A stretch of DNA of 64,000 bases from a bacterium UBP13_UBA5359. GTDB lineage: Bacteria; UBP13; UBA5359. The DNA is taken from assembly GCA_002410925.1 (NCBI GenBank), contig DHPR01000011.1, forward strand, positions 11,676-75,675, read 5' to 3'. The position numbers and the translations under genes are program-made. The notes under the pieces are model-generated. The model was not told the origin of the DNA. It saw only the letters and a program-made list of their open reading frames with translations, and did no database searches. Below are positions 37,664 to 47,613 of the stretch, one piece after another. Within the stretch, counting starts at the first letter, position 1, and each line of letters starts with the position of its first letter.

Positions 37664-38335
37664 TTAATAGTCAATGCGGTTCATAATATTAATAAAATCA
37701 TTAGTTTCTACATGCCCCCATGATGTTAATCTTATTGATTGATCCAACTTTCCACCGGGATCATTACACCATACAACCTCACCGTTGAAGAGCAATACAT
37801 TAAAACCGTCCCGATGAGGCGGGTAGGAGCGTTCCATGTATTGAGCATACAAGGCATCGATGACAGCTGGGAATTTTTCTCTGATAGCCTCCTCAATAGT
37901 CATAGTAGTTGCGTTTTTATAGCTATAGCCCATAAAATAATTATACGAGCAAAACATATGATTATAGTAAGCTGTCCGGGGTAAATAGAAGTAACTCTTT
38001 TTGTCATCTTTAAGATACGAAGGACAGTACAGTGTTGCTCCATTGCCGAGATATTTACCTTCATACAGCAGGCCTAACCCTGTCCATTTGTTGTTTACTC
38101 TAACTGCATTATCCCAATCTGTCTGTGCCGTGTTGGTCGGCAACACATCATCGTAATCTTGAACATACATAAGCAGAGCCATGCCTATTTGCTTCATATT
38201 ACTGATGCATTTGGTTTGCCTGGCTTTTTCCCGGGTTTGTGAAAAGACAGGGAAAAGTATTCCTGCCAATAACGCTATTATAGCTACAACTACTAATAGC
38301 TCTATTAAGGTGAACCCCTTACGCTCCATGATCAT
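37664..38335 (-). CDS. Prepilin-type N-terminal methylation-domain protein, H-X9-DG (DUF1559-like) pseudopilin
   Basis: The leader and cleavage site read [31 protein letters not shown]. The C-terminal [16 protein letters not shown] gives H-x9-NG. Confidence 0.85.
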   Translation of the reverse strand: MIMERKGFTLIELLVVVAIIALLAGILFPVFSQTREKARQTKCISNMKQIGMALLMYVQDYDDVLPTNTAQTDWDNAVRVNNKWTGLGLLYEGKYLGNGATLYCPSYLKDDKKSYFYLPRTAYYNHMFCSYNYFMGYSYKNATTMTIEEAIREKFPAVIDALYAQYMERSYPPHRDGFNVLLFNGEVVWCNDPGGKLDQSIRLTSWGHVETNDFINIMNRIDY

Positions 38336-38410
38336 AGCCCTCTTTATCTATGATTATAATCTCGCTGCTTTGTATATGCGTTTCCTGACATTTTCTATAA
38401 GCACCTTATA

Positions 38411-39172
38411 TCAACAAATAACGACCTCAATCCCTTCTTCTCTAAGATAACGCACACTATTCTCAGATGCATCGGAATCTGTAATAATCATGCGGACAAC
38501 ACTTAACGGAGCAACAGCAGCAAAATACACCTTACCGATTTTTGAGCTATCGGTTACTATAATAACTTCCTTGGCCACATTGATCATCGCTTGCTTCATT
38601 TGAGCTACTGGAAGATTAGGATCTGTGATCCCCTTAAATATATCCAGACCACTGGTACCAAGCACTACTTTATCAACAAAAATCTTATCAATAGTAGCGC
38701 AGGCTAACGGACCATATAGCGCATAAAATGCCTTATCTGCAGTGCCTCCGGTAAGATTTACCGTAACGCCTTTTGACGGAGCAAGCGTGTACGCTATCTC
38801 CAGCGAATTGGTAACTACAGTAAGGTTCATTTTATCTTTCAGCAACTTCGCCAACTCATAGGTCGTGCTGCCGGCATCAAGTATGATGGTTTCATTATTA
38901 TTAATATAATCTCTTGCCTTTAAAGCAATTCTTTTTTTTATATCTAAATTTGGTATTTCCTTTAACAGAGATAATTCGGGAGACGGCCCCCTGCTAGCAA
39001 CAGCCCCTCCATGAACTTTCAAAAGCAAACCCTTGCTTGATAAATCCTTTATATCTCTTCTAACAGTAGCTTCGCTTACACGACAAATCGCGGCAATTTC
39101 GCTGATCTTGCCTTTGGCGTTAGTTTCTATATATTCAATAATTTTCTTTCTTCTCTCAACAGCACTACACAT
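38411..39172 (-). CDS. DeoR-family transcriptional regulator
   Basis: The HTH reads ISEIAAICRVSEATVRRDIKDLSSKGLLLKVHGGA. A DeoR C-terminal sugar-phosphate sensor domain follows. Confidence 0.85.
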   Translation of the reverse strand: MCSAVERRKKIIEYIETNAKGKISEIAAICRVSEATVRRDIKDLSSKGLLLKVHGGAVASRGPSPELSLLKEIPNLDIKKRIALKARDYINNNETIILDAGSTTYELAKLLKDKMNLTVVTNSLEIAYTLAPSKGVTVNLTGGTADKAFYALYGPLACATIDKIFVDKVVLGTSGLDIFKGITDPNLPVAQMKQAMINVAKEVIIVTDSSKIGKVYFAAVAPLSVVRMIITDSDASENSVRYLREEGIEVVIC

Positions 39173-39225
39173 AGTTTGCTTACCCTTATATTTATATCCT
39201 TCTAGGTTGCTCTTGCTTTATGAAT

Positions 39226-39254
39226 AATCTAGCATTATTCGTCATTTTTGTCAA
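39226..39254 (-). promoter_or_regulatory. Candidate promoter of the DeoR-pseudopilin operon (TTGACA - 17 nt - TAGATT)
   Basis: The consensus -35 and a good -10 were read on the reverse strand, 54 nt upstream of the DeoR ATG. Confidence 0.4.
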
Positions 39255-39264
39255 CATTTGATCG

Positions 39265-39308
39265 TTTACGCAATAATACTGCTCATTTGCGCAGTATTAT
39301 TGCGTAAA
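39265..39308. promoter_or_regulatory. Perfect 18-bp inverted repeat (TTTACGCAATAATACTGC - 8 nt - GCAGTATTATTGCGTAAA)
   Basis: Read directly from the sequence. It lies 11 nt upstream of the candidate -35 box. The flanking GCTCATTT/AAATGAGC adds a second, interleaved dyad. Confidence 0.6.
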
Positions 39309-39565
39309 TGAGCAATATTACAGGAAGTGCCTTGTCTCATAAAAACCTATTCGAAACAGTATCGATGCCTCAAATTAAAAATCTACTTGGAATGACCTCC
39401 GGATTAAGGGCTTATTTAGCATTAGCAGAGCAGAGTATTTTGCAATCCGGAGGTTAGCTATGTATGGGTAGCCTTTGCCATGTAAAGAACACAAATCCCT
39501 TTTCAGAGGGACTAAAGCCGAATACAAACGTGTCTCTAAAAGGGATAAAAAGACTATCCTTAGAG

Positions 39566-39938
39566 TGTACCCGAAAGAGTGGAGACTTCAAGAGGCAAAG
39601 TGATAAAATAAGCCAAAGGGGGTCTTCAGGGTATGAGAAAAGGACAGAAACAGAATAAGTATACAACGGAGTTCAAGGAGAGGGCGGCTCTCGCTATACC
39701 CCAACGGAGCATGAAGAGTTAAAGGCTCTACGTAAAGAGAACCAACGATTGCGGGAAGAACGTGACATCTTAAAAAAAGCAGTCATCTTCTTCACGAAGG
39801 AGAGCGAAAGCGGTTCGAGTTTATAGCGGACCATGAAGGCCAGTTCTCCATAGAGACAGGATGCCGAGTTCTGGGCGTATCCCCCAGTGGGTATTACGCT
39901 TATAAGCGGCGTGACGCCAGCAGGCGTGAGGAAGATAA
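39566..39938 (+). mobile_element. Decayed, 3'-truncated IS3-family element (left end, orfA remnant, A6G slippery site, first ~45 codons of orfB)
   Basis: The orfA remnant reads MRKGQKQNKYTTEFKERAA, then in other frames TPTEHEELKALRKENQRLREERDILKKAVIFF. The orfB start reads KRFEFIADHEGQFSIETGCRVLGVSPSGYYAYKRRDASRREEDN. The slippery motif AAAAAAAG sits at LKKA. A possible IRL begins with TGTAC at 39566. The element ends at the GH38 stop codon. Confidence 0.65.
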
Positions 39939-39943
39939 TATTT

Positions 39944-42397
39944 CTATATCCTCTCCATCAAATTGTCCGATTGCATTGTCCATTTTTGTTTCCGAATGAA
40001 AAGACGTACCGTTAACAATTGCCATGGATATAGTTTCACCGTTCCTACAATCTTCCCCAACACGCATATGTCCGCTCTTCGTTCATTGCCGGTCTCTTCC
40101 CATAAATGCAACACCCAACCGTGACCGTCTTCGGCTTTTTTCAGAGCAGTCATCACTACACCGTCGGAATCAACCGAAATCACTGATTGAGATGGGGGCA
40201 ATTCCCCTGCATGAGGAAACCCCAATGTAATGTGTACCGGCATATTCAATTCTCTTGCAGCCTGCGAAATGCTCTTTGCAGGTACGATGACATATTTGAA
40301 AATATGGGTGCCGATATCCATAAAGGGCCTTTCAGGTGAAGCATGGCGCTCATCTATTATCTTATTGCCACATAATGGTGAACGCACTACCGACATGCGC
40401 AACTTGTTGCCGGTTATATTAAAGCCGTACTTTCCGGTAGCAGCCAAGCCGACGCCATCACTGTTGCCTGTAAATACCGCTACCCATCCGTTACAGGGAA
40501 CCTCACCAATATCAGGCACTCTCTCTACAACAGCGTACGGTGCGGAAAACAACGCCTTGAAATTCTCTCCATCAATAGGAAATTCCAATTTGCACAGACT
40601 ATTAGGTTCATTCCATATCAATCTTGCCTGACAATCGATACGTTTTAATCCACGATAGAGAGTGAACTCTTGAATAAGACGGCTGCAGCTATATTGACTG
40701 ATTACCAGTAGTGTGGCTTTTATCGGCCCTTTTTGCAATATATGAACCTTTGTTGTTTTGAATTTGCCTGATACTTTATCCCAGGAATCTATTTTTGATC
40801 CCCATAAGTTACCCATATCTTCCAAAACGATACCGGCTGCCGCATCGCCGCTGAACCACTGTTTTCCGCTTTCGACATCGCTTACCCGGATACCGTATCT
40901 CCCCGGCTGGGCTGCAATACGGAGGTACTTATTACTAATAAAACGCTCATCATTCTTTTCACCCGCCGTGATTTCCTCAGGCAAAAGTAATGGTGTTTCA
41001 GTTGGCTGCAACCAGTAGGTAGCATACCCGCAGGCAGGTATTTGTGCCATAAAACAGCCCCTTACCCGCCATTCCTGCTTAATATTCACTTCTGTGGGCA
41101 AAAATTGAATAGGAACTTTTGTGCCATCAGATGCAATGGCACAAGCATACCGTATTCTTCGTTCGCCGTCTCCCGAGCTTAACGGTCTGTATTCCAATAA
41201 CCATTCCAATTCTATCGGTCCGCTGAAAGGTGTTCCATGAGAATTGAAAAGTAAAACAGGCATTCCCTCGCGTACGGAAGTATCGATATTCAAAAAAATC
41301 GGCAAAGCGGCATCATTGGCTACTGATTTGGCTTCATGCCGAACACACCCTAAATGATCGAGCGCCTCGTCACAAACGCGTTCGATAGCAGTTCCAGGCA
41401 AGATATCATGGGCTTGGTTAAAAAGGATGCCTTTCCATATCTTTTTTATGGGCTCTCCAGGGTACCCGGCCTGGCCTAGTATATCTGCAACAGAGGCCCA
41501 TCTTTCGGCACAATTTACCAGACTTTCTGCTTCATGATAGGCGCTTTTTACTGTTGCCGCTGAAGTATAGCAGCCACGTGCATAAAACTGCAATTCCCCT
41601 TCAATCACAGGAAGCTGCAAAGCATATTCTTCTACATTGGCAAAAAACTGACCCAGGGTAGAGAGTCTTAATTCGCAACCCTCCGGCGGATGAGCAATGT
41701 TTTCGTATATCTCGGCTACAAGCCGCCGATTTAAGCCGCCACCGTGATCGCCAAATCCAATCAGCATTAACCAGTCATGCAGGCCGTCCGGCACCTGCTG
41801 TAATCCACGGCGAATACGCGCATTCAACGTAAAAGCAGGATCGGTTTCCTCAAACTCCAACCCATAGCTCTCCAAGTTGACAGTTATAATTTCACTTCCA
41901 TCCGAACCTCGCCAGCGGAAAAGCCTTGAAGGTGTAGGTAAATCTTCTTGGGAGGGGCGACGTTGTACAGCAAAACGACAGCCGACAGCCCGGTATATTG
42001 ACGGCAAACCGGCAGCATGCCCAAAGCTATCAACATTATAGGCTATTTCAGGTATGATACCGAAACGACTATGAAAATACTGCTGGCCATATAAAAACTG
42101 CCTTACATATGTTTCTCCATCGCCCAAATTATTATCCGGTTGCAACAGTGTGCCACCGGTAATCTCCCAGCGGCCTGCCCCAATCAAACGTGTTATACGA
42201 GCAAAAAGGTCTGGATCATGTTTTTCGATATGCTCATAAATGAACGCTTCTCCACGTGTAAAAGTGATATCGCTATGCTCTTCCATGAGAGATGCTACCG
42301 CCCTGCATGTAGCTATCCCTTCGTTCAATCCTTCCCGCCAATCCCAAAGCCAAGCAATATCGAGATGTGCGTTGGGAATCAAATGAATTCTAAGCAT
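39944..42397 (-). CDS. GH38 alpha-mannosidase
   Basis: The N-terminus is MLRIHLIPNAHLDIAWLWDW. The protein is 817 aa, has no signal peptide, and shows a typical GH38 layout. Confidence 0.85.
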   Translation of the reverse strand: MLRIHLIPNAHLDIAWLWDWREGLNEGIATCRAVASLMEEHSDITFTRGEAFIYEHIEKHDPDLFARITRLIGAGRWEITGGTLLQPDNNLGDGETYVRQFLYGQQYFHSRFGIIPEIAYNVDSFGHAAGLPSIYRAVGCRFAVQRRPSQEDLPTPSRLFRWRGSDGSEIITVNLESYGLEFEETDPAFTLNARIRRGLQQVPDGLHDWLMLIGFGDHGGGLNRRLVAEIYENIAHPPEGCELRLSTLGQFFANVEEYALQLPVIEGELQFYARGCYTSAATVKSAYHEAESLVNCAERWASVADILGQAGYPGEPIKKIWKGILFNQAHDILPGTAIERVCDEALDHLGCVRHEAKSVANDAALPIFLNIDTSVREGMPVLLFNSHGTPFSGPIELEWLLEYRPLSSGDGERRIRYACAIASDGTKVPIQFLPTEVNIKQEWRVRGCFMAQIPACGYATYWLQPTETPLLLPEEITAGEKNDERFISNKYLRIAAQPGRYGIRVSDVESGKQWFSGDAAAGIVLEDMGNLWGSKIDSWDKVSGKFKTTKVHILQKGPIKATLLVISQYSCSRLIQEFTLYRGLKRIDCQARLIWNEPNSLCKLEFPIDGENFKALFSAPYAVVERVPDIGEVPCNGWVAVFTGNSDGVGLAATGKYGFNITGNKLRMSVVRSPLCGNKIIDERHASPERPFMDIGTHIFKYVIVPAKSISQAARELNMPVHITLGFPHAGELPPSQSVISVDSDGVVMTALKKAEDGHGWVLHLWEETGNERRADICVLGKIVGTVKLYPWQLLTVRLFIRKQKWTMQSDNLMERI

Positions 42398-42564
42398 ACA
42401 AATTTCCTCCTGTTCAATAACATCCTCCGGAATTATTGATCCCGGAACAAATTGTAACAGGATGCTTCGGTTACGGATATGCAGACATTCTGCTGAAGCA
42501 CCCCGTTACAGAAGTTCATGAAATCAATAGCACAGCATATTGAGCAATGTTTGCCTCTTCCTCG

Positions 42565-43386
42565 TTAGTCTTGGTATGTCGGAAATTCCGACGATTGGAC
42601 TGTGGCACGAGGCTGATAACTTAATATGGCGCTTATTTCTTGATCCATCGCAGACACATCTACGCTTGAGGGAGGGTTATAAGGATCGAAGTTATCCGTA
42701 TACCTTATACACTTGGAGATACGCAGTTCATCAATAGATCCCGTGAAGTAACTCCATATACCCCCCGAGGGATAACCTCTTCCTATGTAAAGAGGATTTC
42801 CGCTTTCGCTTCTCAAAGGATTCTTATTAGTCGGTATATAGCCGATACGGGTACCATCAACATACAACCCCATATGCCCAGAACCGTACGTTGCCGCTAT
42901 ATGATGCCATACGCCCAATGTCAAAGCGGGAGTATAGATACTATCCAGTACTCCTACCGAGTCATAGAAAATCATCCTGAGAATGTTTCCCGATCTTCCG
43001 GCTAATCGCCAGTTCCAGTTTCTAAACAGTATATCCTTATTAAGCACTATAGTCGTAGGCTTGAACCAGAACTCTATGGTGAGGTTATCCACAACGTTCA
43101 GACTGGTGTGATTGGGGATCGTTACGTAATCATCGACCCCGTCGAAGTTAACGGCTGAACCGAATACACCCGCACCTCTGCCGGCGCCACCGGAGATTGT
43201 CCCCATGTTGTCATTGCTGCTGGCATCCGTAACCGTATCACCCCCCGCCTCGTTGAAATGCAACAGCAGCACCGTGTTAGCATCATTTTGATAAAGCGTA
43301 TCTGCGGCCGAGCTTACCTTTACGCACACCGACAACATCATGATACTGATTAGAAGAATCCCACTGAATACTCGTCCCATTCTCAT
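42565..43386 (-). CDS. Secreted LamG (laminin-G_3/concanavalin-like) domain protein, short copy
   Basis: A signal peptide is followed by LLLHFNE...D.S.N.N.GTISGGA...FG.A.NFDG.DDYVTIP...IEFWFKP...DELRIS. The first ~235 aa are near-identical to the N-terminus of 43420..45852. Confidence 0.7.
   Translation of the reverse strand: MRMGRVFSGILLISIMMLSVCVKVSSAADTLYQNDANTVLLLHFNEAGGDTVTDASSNDNMGTISGGAGRGAGVFGSAVNFDGVDDYVTIPNHTSLNVVDNLTIEFWFKPTTIVLNKDILFRNWNWRLAGRSGNILRMIFYDSVGVLDSIYTPALTLGVWHHIAATYGSGHMGLYVDGTRIGYIPTNKNPLRSESGNPLYIGRGYPSGGIWSYFTGSIDELRISKCIRYTDNFDPYNPPSSVDVSAMDQEISAILSYQPRATVQSSEFPTYQD
42671..43370. repeat. 700-bp direct repeat, copy 1 (roughly 93% identical to 45143..45842)
   Basis: Aligned by eye along the whole length. 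It covers the signal peptide plus the LamG module of both genes. Confidence 0.85.
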
Positions 43387-43419
43387 TTCGCTTTCCCTCC
43401 TTAATACGCATCATTTACC

Positions 43420-45852
43420 CTACAGCAATGCGGCAATCTCATTATCCAGATTCGATACATCAATATATAGTGTCTCTACCTGTGATGCAATTGTTACGGC
43501 GTTACCTGCAAGAAATTCGTTTTCATAATCAAAAAACGATTGGCTCAAAGTTATTATCTGATTTCGGCAAGGTCCTATAACGTCTTCACCGTGAGTAAGA
43601 CAAAGAATGTTCATATTATTGTTAATATTAGTAAAAACATCTCTGATGTTCTCCAATCTTCCGCTAACTGTGTTAAATGATGGGGCTGCCCCAAGCACGG
43701 TCGTTATTTGTGACTTGCACTCATCAACTTTCTGCATGGCTAACACATAGTTACCTGCGTTCCATGCCGTTTGAATATCCTGTAAATAGCCTTGAAATGT
43801 TATGTTATAGCTTTCTGGATTATATGCTTGAACCTGTTCCAAATCTATTTTTATAATGTCTCTTTCGGCATTTATGCGTTTGCGTAAGATTTGGTTCTTT
43901 ATATCCGCGAACTCCTGCTGTGTTGCAAATAAGAAAATCCTTCCTTCGCCGGGTAGCAAACTACTAACACTAAAAGACACTGTAGTCTCTCCAACAGTAC
44001 CGATGCTTTGATCACTTAGGTTATAAAGATCAAAAACATTCTTATCACCCTGCTTGGGTATGGATATTCCCCCCGGTCCAGTTTGTCGCGAGTTGTTCAC
44101 ATCATTATTGAAAACAACATAATAATCTACATCCCATCCACTATCCCTTAAAACTCCCGTTGCGATAGCCGGCCGCTGTACCCCGCCACAATCAATATTA
44201 ACAGTGTCAACTGTTATTTCAGGCGAATTAACTACCTGCGTTTTGGCAAGCAACGGACCTATTGAAGTAAAATACTTCCCCATATTTCCGACTTCTTCCC
44301 AGAGGTTAGTGGCACCTATCCATGGCGTTGTCAAGGTAAAATCAAACTTTTCCCCTCCCCATGGGACGATCCGCCATCTGGTTTCGTGGTTATAAATGAA
44401 GAAGTAAAGTCCTTTTGCTCCGTTAGCCAATGCCTGATAGCACATTACTCGAAACTCCGGCACAGATGGAAACATGGCTATTCTTTTATCCTGATACCCT
44501 TGAATCCAAGTCCATGCGGGCTTGTTCCCTGCAAACTCACGAATGTTCCGGACCCGTTCTCCCATAATCCAAGGATCCCGAACACCCGGACTCGACCTAA
44601 TGGGATAATTAGTGGCGTAACTCGACCTAATGGGATAATTAGTGGAGTAATAAACGTTCAGATATGGTGCATAATACCGCATACTGCTTTGTAACTCGAA
44701 ATCAAAGCCAAAGCCTGTCTCTCCCCAATGCTTCTGGCTTATGCCTTCTATAAGCTTTTTAAGCTTAATAAACGAAAGTATATGTTGTGGCTTCGCTTCG
44801 TCCGCCAATGCCCAATATAAAATGTTGCTTTCGTCTTTATACTTTTCCAATCTCGCTGAACAAGCGTCTATTACATCCTGAGGGACATCAGCTTGAGCAG
44901 CAGCAGGATGTAATCCGGGCACCAAATAAAGACCGTATTTTTTGATGTCTGCGCAGAGGCTATCCGTCGTTCCGATAGTTGGATCGGGAAAATAGTTTGG
45001 GGAATAAGCAGTGTTTATATAGTGCTTTTTTATATCTTTGAACTGTTTTGCTCTCATTGTCTCAATGCTTTCATTAAATATCCCCGCCATATGAGAAGAG
45101 ATAATCGGATGAAAATAAACCCCATATAGGAAACATGGCAGAGGAGGATTATAAGGATCAAAGCTATCCGTATACCTTATACACTTGGAGATACGCAGTT
45201 CATCAATGGATCCCGTGAAATAACTCCATTTCTCCCCCGAGGGATAACCCCTTCCTATGTAAAGAGGATTTCCGTTTTCGCTTCTCAAAGGATTCTTATT
45301 TGTCGGTATATAGCCGATACGGGTACCATCGACATATAACCCCATATGCCCAGAACCGTACGTTGCCGCTATATGATGCCATACGCCCAGCGTCAAAGCG
45401 GGAGTAAAGATATCGAACAGCCCTCCTGCAGAGTCATAGAAAATCATCCTGAGAATGTTTCCCGATCTTCCTGCTAATCGCCAGTTCCAGTTTCTAAAGA
45501 GTATATCCTTATTAAGCGCTATCGTCGTAGGCTTGAACCAGAACTCTATGGTGAAGTTATCCGCAACGTTCAGACTGGTGTGGTTGGGGATCGTTACATA
45601 ATCATCGACTCCGTCAAAGTTAAGGGCTGAACCGAATACACCCGCACCTCTGCCGGCGCCGCCGGAGATTGTTCCCGTGTTGGCATTACTGCTGGCATCT
45701 GCAACCGTATCGCCCTCCGCCTCGTTGAAATGTAACAGCAGCACCGTGTTAGCATCATTTTGATAAAGCGTATCTGCAGCCGAGCTTACCTTTACATACA
45801 CCGACAACATCATGATACTGATTAAAAGAACCACACTGAATAACTTTTTCAT
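43420..45852 (-). CDS. Secreted LamG-domain protein fused to a ~550-aa TIM-barrel-like (GH42/GH-like) domain
   Basis: The N-terminus matches the short copy. The C-terminal part (NILYWALADEA..., WTWIQGYQ, GAKGLYFFIY) resembles a glycoside-hydrolase barrel, but the family is not identified. Confidence 0.7.
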   Translation of the reverse strand: MKKLFSVVLLISIMMLSVYVKVSSAADTLYQNDANTVLLLHFNEAEGDTVADASSNANTGTISGGAGRGAGVFGSALNFDGVDDYVTIPNHTSLNVADNFTIEFWFKPTTIALNKDILFRNWNWRLAGRSGNILRMIFYDSAGGLFDIFTPALTLGVWHHIAATYGSGHMGLYVDGTRIGYIPTNKNPLRSENGNPLYIGRGYPSGEKWSYFTGSIDELRISKCIRYTDSFDPYNPPLPCFLYGVYFHPIISSHMAGIFNESIETMRAKQFKDIKKHYINTAYSPNYFPDPTIGTTDSLCADIKKYGLYLVPGLHPAAAQADVPQDVIDACSARLEKYKDESNILYWALADEAKPQHILSFIKLKKLIEGISQKHWGETGFGFDFELQSSMRYYAPYLNVYYSTNYPIRSSYATNYPIRSSPGVRDPWIMGERVRNIREFAGNKPAWTWIQGYQDKRIAMFPSVPEFRVMCYQALANGAKGLYFFIYNHETRWRIVPWGGEKFDFTLTTPWIGATNLWEEVGNMGKYFTSIGPLLAKTQVVNSPEITVDTVNIDCGGVQRPAIATGVLRDSGWDVDYYVVFNNDVNNSRQTGPGGISIPKQGDKNVFDLYNLSDQSIGTVGETTVSFSVSSLLPGEGRIFLFATQQEFADIKNQILRKRINAERDIIKIDLEQVQAYNPESYNITFQGYLQDIQTAWNAGNYVLAMQKVDECKSQITTVLGAAPSFNTVSGRLENIRDVFTNINNNMNILCLTHGEDVIGPCRNQIITLSQSFFDYENEFLAGNAVTIASQVETLYIDVSNLDNEIAALL
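44591..44650. repeat. 30-nt tandem duplication x2 inside the 810-aa gene (1 mismatch)
   Basis: CTCGACCTAATGGGATAATTAGTGGCGTAA is followed by CTCGACCTAATGGGATAATTAGTGGAGTAA. The duplication is in frame and encodes S/A-TNYPIRSS-Y twice. Confidence 0.9.
45143..45842. repeat. 700-bp direct repeat, copy 2
   Basis: See 42671..43370. Confidence 0.85.
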
Positions 45853-45965
45853 TATCCGTTCCCTTCATTCTTTTTTACAGGACCTCACCACGTATATTCC
45901 ATCTCTACAGATTTATAAATACAACTGCCTTGATTGTAATTAACTGCTGGGTATCTATTCAATAA

Positions 45966-46847
45966 TTATATTGCGACCCTATTTGCGTCAGGAATACCAA
46001 AGCTTTCCTCGCATATTCTTTTTGCCTCTTTTGCAATACTATAAGGATTTTTATAGCGCCTGGACGAAACTGTTTCCAGCATAAAGACACCCTGATAGTT
46101 TATGTCATGCAGCGCCCTTGATATTTCACTCCAATCGATACTACCTTCACCAGGCATAAGGTGTTCATCCTCTTTTTTATTATTATCATGAATGTGCAAA
46201 TATGACATCAATTCTCTGTTTTCGTTGATTACCGCTGCCGGCGATGAGTTGCCAAGCCAGAAATGGGCTAAATCAAAACAAAGACCAATCCTTTCTTTCC
46301 CTATCGACCTTATGACCCTTCCTAACATTCCTATATCGCCATTAAACCTGCCCAGCAAATTCTCCAGCAATATCTTAATTCCGTTCTTTTCACCGACATC
46401 AGCCAACTCATTGGCAGCATCCATTAACCGTTTTTCGGCCTCGGAAACGCTATCGGATGTGGTAAAAAATGCTTCCTCTTCACTGGGATGAAAAACAGCG
46501 TATTCTATCCCTAACTCCCCCCCATTCTCTAAACTACGCCTAACAATTTTCATTGCATGCGCCCTCTCAGCCCTATCCAATGAAACAACAGATCCCAAAC
46601 CATTATCGGGAGGAAGATGGAGTGATATAATTTTCACTCCAAGCATATCAACAAGCTTCTTTAATTCCCTTATCTTCTCTCCGCTGAGATAACCGCTGTC
46701 TAAAAAGGGACTACTCATGTCGCTATATTCAAAGTATTTATAACCGATGTCCGCCAAACCACTTAATGCGTAGGTGACATCCCTTGTTAGCTTTGAGTAT
46801 CCCAACGTAGATATACCGAGCTTAATACCGTTATAATTATCTATCAT
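45966..46847 (-). CDS. Sugar phosphate isomerase/epimerase (xylose-isomerase-like TIM barrel)
   Basis: The protein is 293 aa. The blocks AVFHPSE, LLENL, CFDLAHF, HIHDN and FMLE are typical of the AP_endonuc_2 fold. Confidence 0.8.
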   Translation of the reverse strand: MIDNYNGIKLGISTLGYSKLTRDVTYALSGLADIGYKYFEYSDMSSPFLDSGYLSGEKIRELKKLVDMLGVKIISLHLPPDNGLGSVVSLDRAERAHAMKIVRRSLENGGELGIEYAVFHPSEEEAFFTTSDSVSEAEKRLMDAANELADVGEKNGIKILLENLLGRFNGDIGMLGRVIRSIGKERIGLCFDLAHFWLGNSSPAAVINENRELMSYLHIHDNNKKEDEHLMPGEGSIDWSEISRALHDINYQGVFMLETVSSRRYKNPYSIAKEAKRICEESFGIPDANRVAI

Positions 46848-46870
46848 TAAATCCTACCCAACCAATCCAA

Positions 46871-47455
46871 TCAATTTCTATCCCACCAATTAGATTTGTC
46901 GATGGTGTCAAATAAATACCATTTAACATGGCCATCTGCGAACAAAACGTTTGCTCCGCCACTATGCCTGTCGCTGACCTTATGATTAGGATTAGTATTC
47001 AGCGGCGCAATAACAAAATCAACCCCTGCATCAGCAATGATAATCGTCTCTGAGGGATTTACAATCTGAGACAAGCTTACCCCCTTTCTAGTACCCGTGG
47101 AAAGCCAAGAATAATTGTATCCATACGACATCTTGGCGTTCCACACATAATCAGGATGAGAAGGACACTTAAATATATTGGTATTTTTTATATAGTTGTT
47201 ATTGAGCGTCTTGTGCCAGTCGTCTAATCCTACTGCCGAATGGGCAGGGAAAATTTCATCGTAATCTTGAAGATACAGCATTACAGCATGCCCTAGCTGC
47301 TTCAAATTGCTCATACAGGCCCCTTGCCTGGCTTTTTCCCTGGCTTTACCAAATACCGGGAAAAGTATGGCAGCCAATATAGATATTATGGCAATGACTA
47401 CCAGTAATTCTATTAATGTGAAGCCTTTCTTAACCACATCAATCTTCCTTATCAT
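46871..47455 (-). CDS. Prepilin-type N-terminal methylation-domain protein, H-X9-DG pseudopilin
   Basis: The leader and cleavage site read [27 protein letters not shown]. The C-terminal [17 protein letters not shown] gives an exact H-x9-DG. Confidence 0.85.
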   Translation of the reverse strand: MIRKIDVVKKGFTLIELLVVIAIISILAAILFPVFGKAREKARQGACMSNLKQLGHAVMLYLQDYDEIFPAHSAVGLDDWHKTLNNNYIKNTNIFKCPSHPDYVWNAKMSYGYNYSWLSTGTRKGVSLSQIVNPSETIIIADAGVDFVIAPLNTNPNHKVSDRHSGGANVLFADGHVKWYLFDTIDKSNWWDRN

Positions 47456-47613
47456 TTATAATTCCTCCCCTGAAAATATTTGCTTATTACGCTTCTAAAC
47501 TCATCTTTGTACCAGTCCCGAATGTGCATCAAATTCAAGTGAGCAACTGGATCACTTTCTAGTTGGCGTTCGCAAAAAATATGCGCTATGACACGATCAA
47601 CATCTTTCGAATG

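Noticed and set aside
39396-39453. 10-bp inverted repeat CCTCCGGATT ... AATCCGGAGG with a 38-nt spacer upstream of the IS3 relic
   Set aside because: I could not tie it to the IS ends or to any RNA family. A single occurrence is insufficient evidence.
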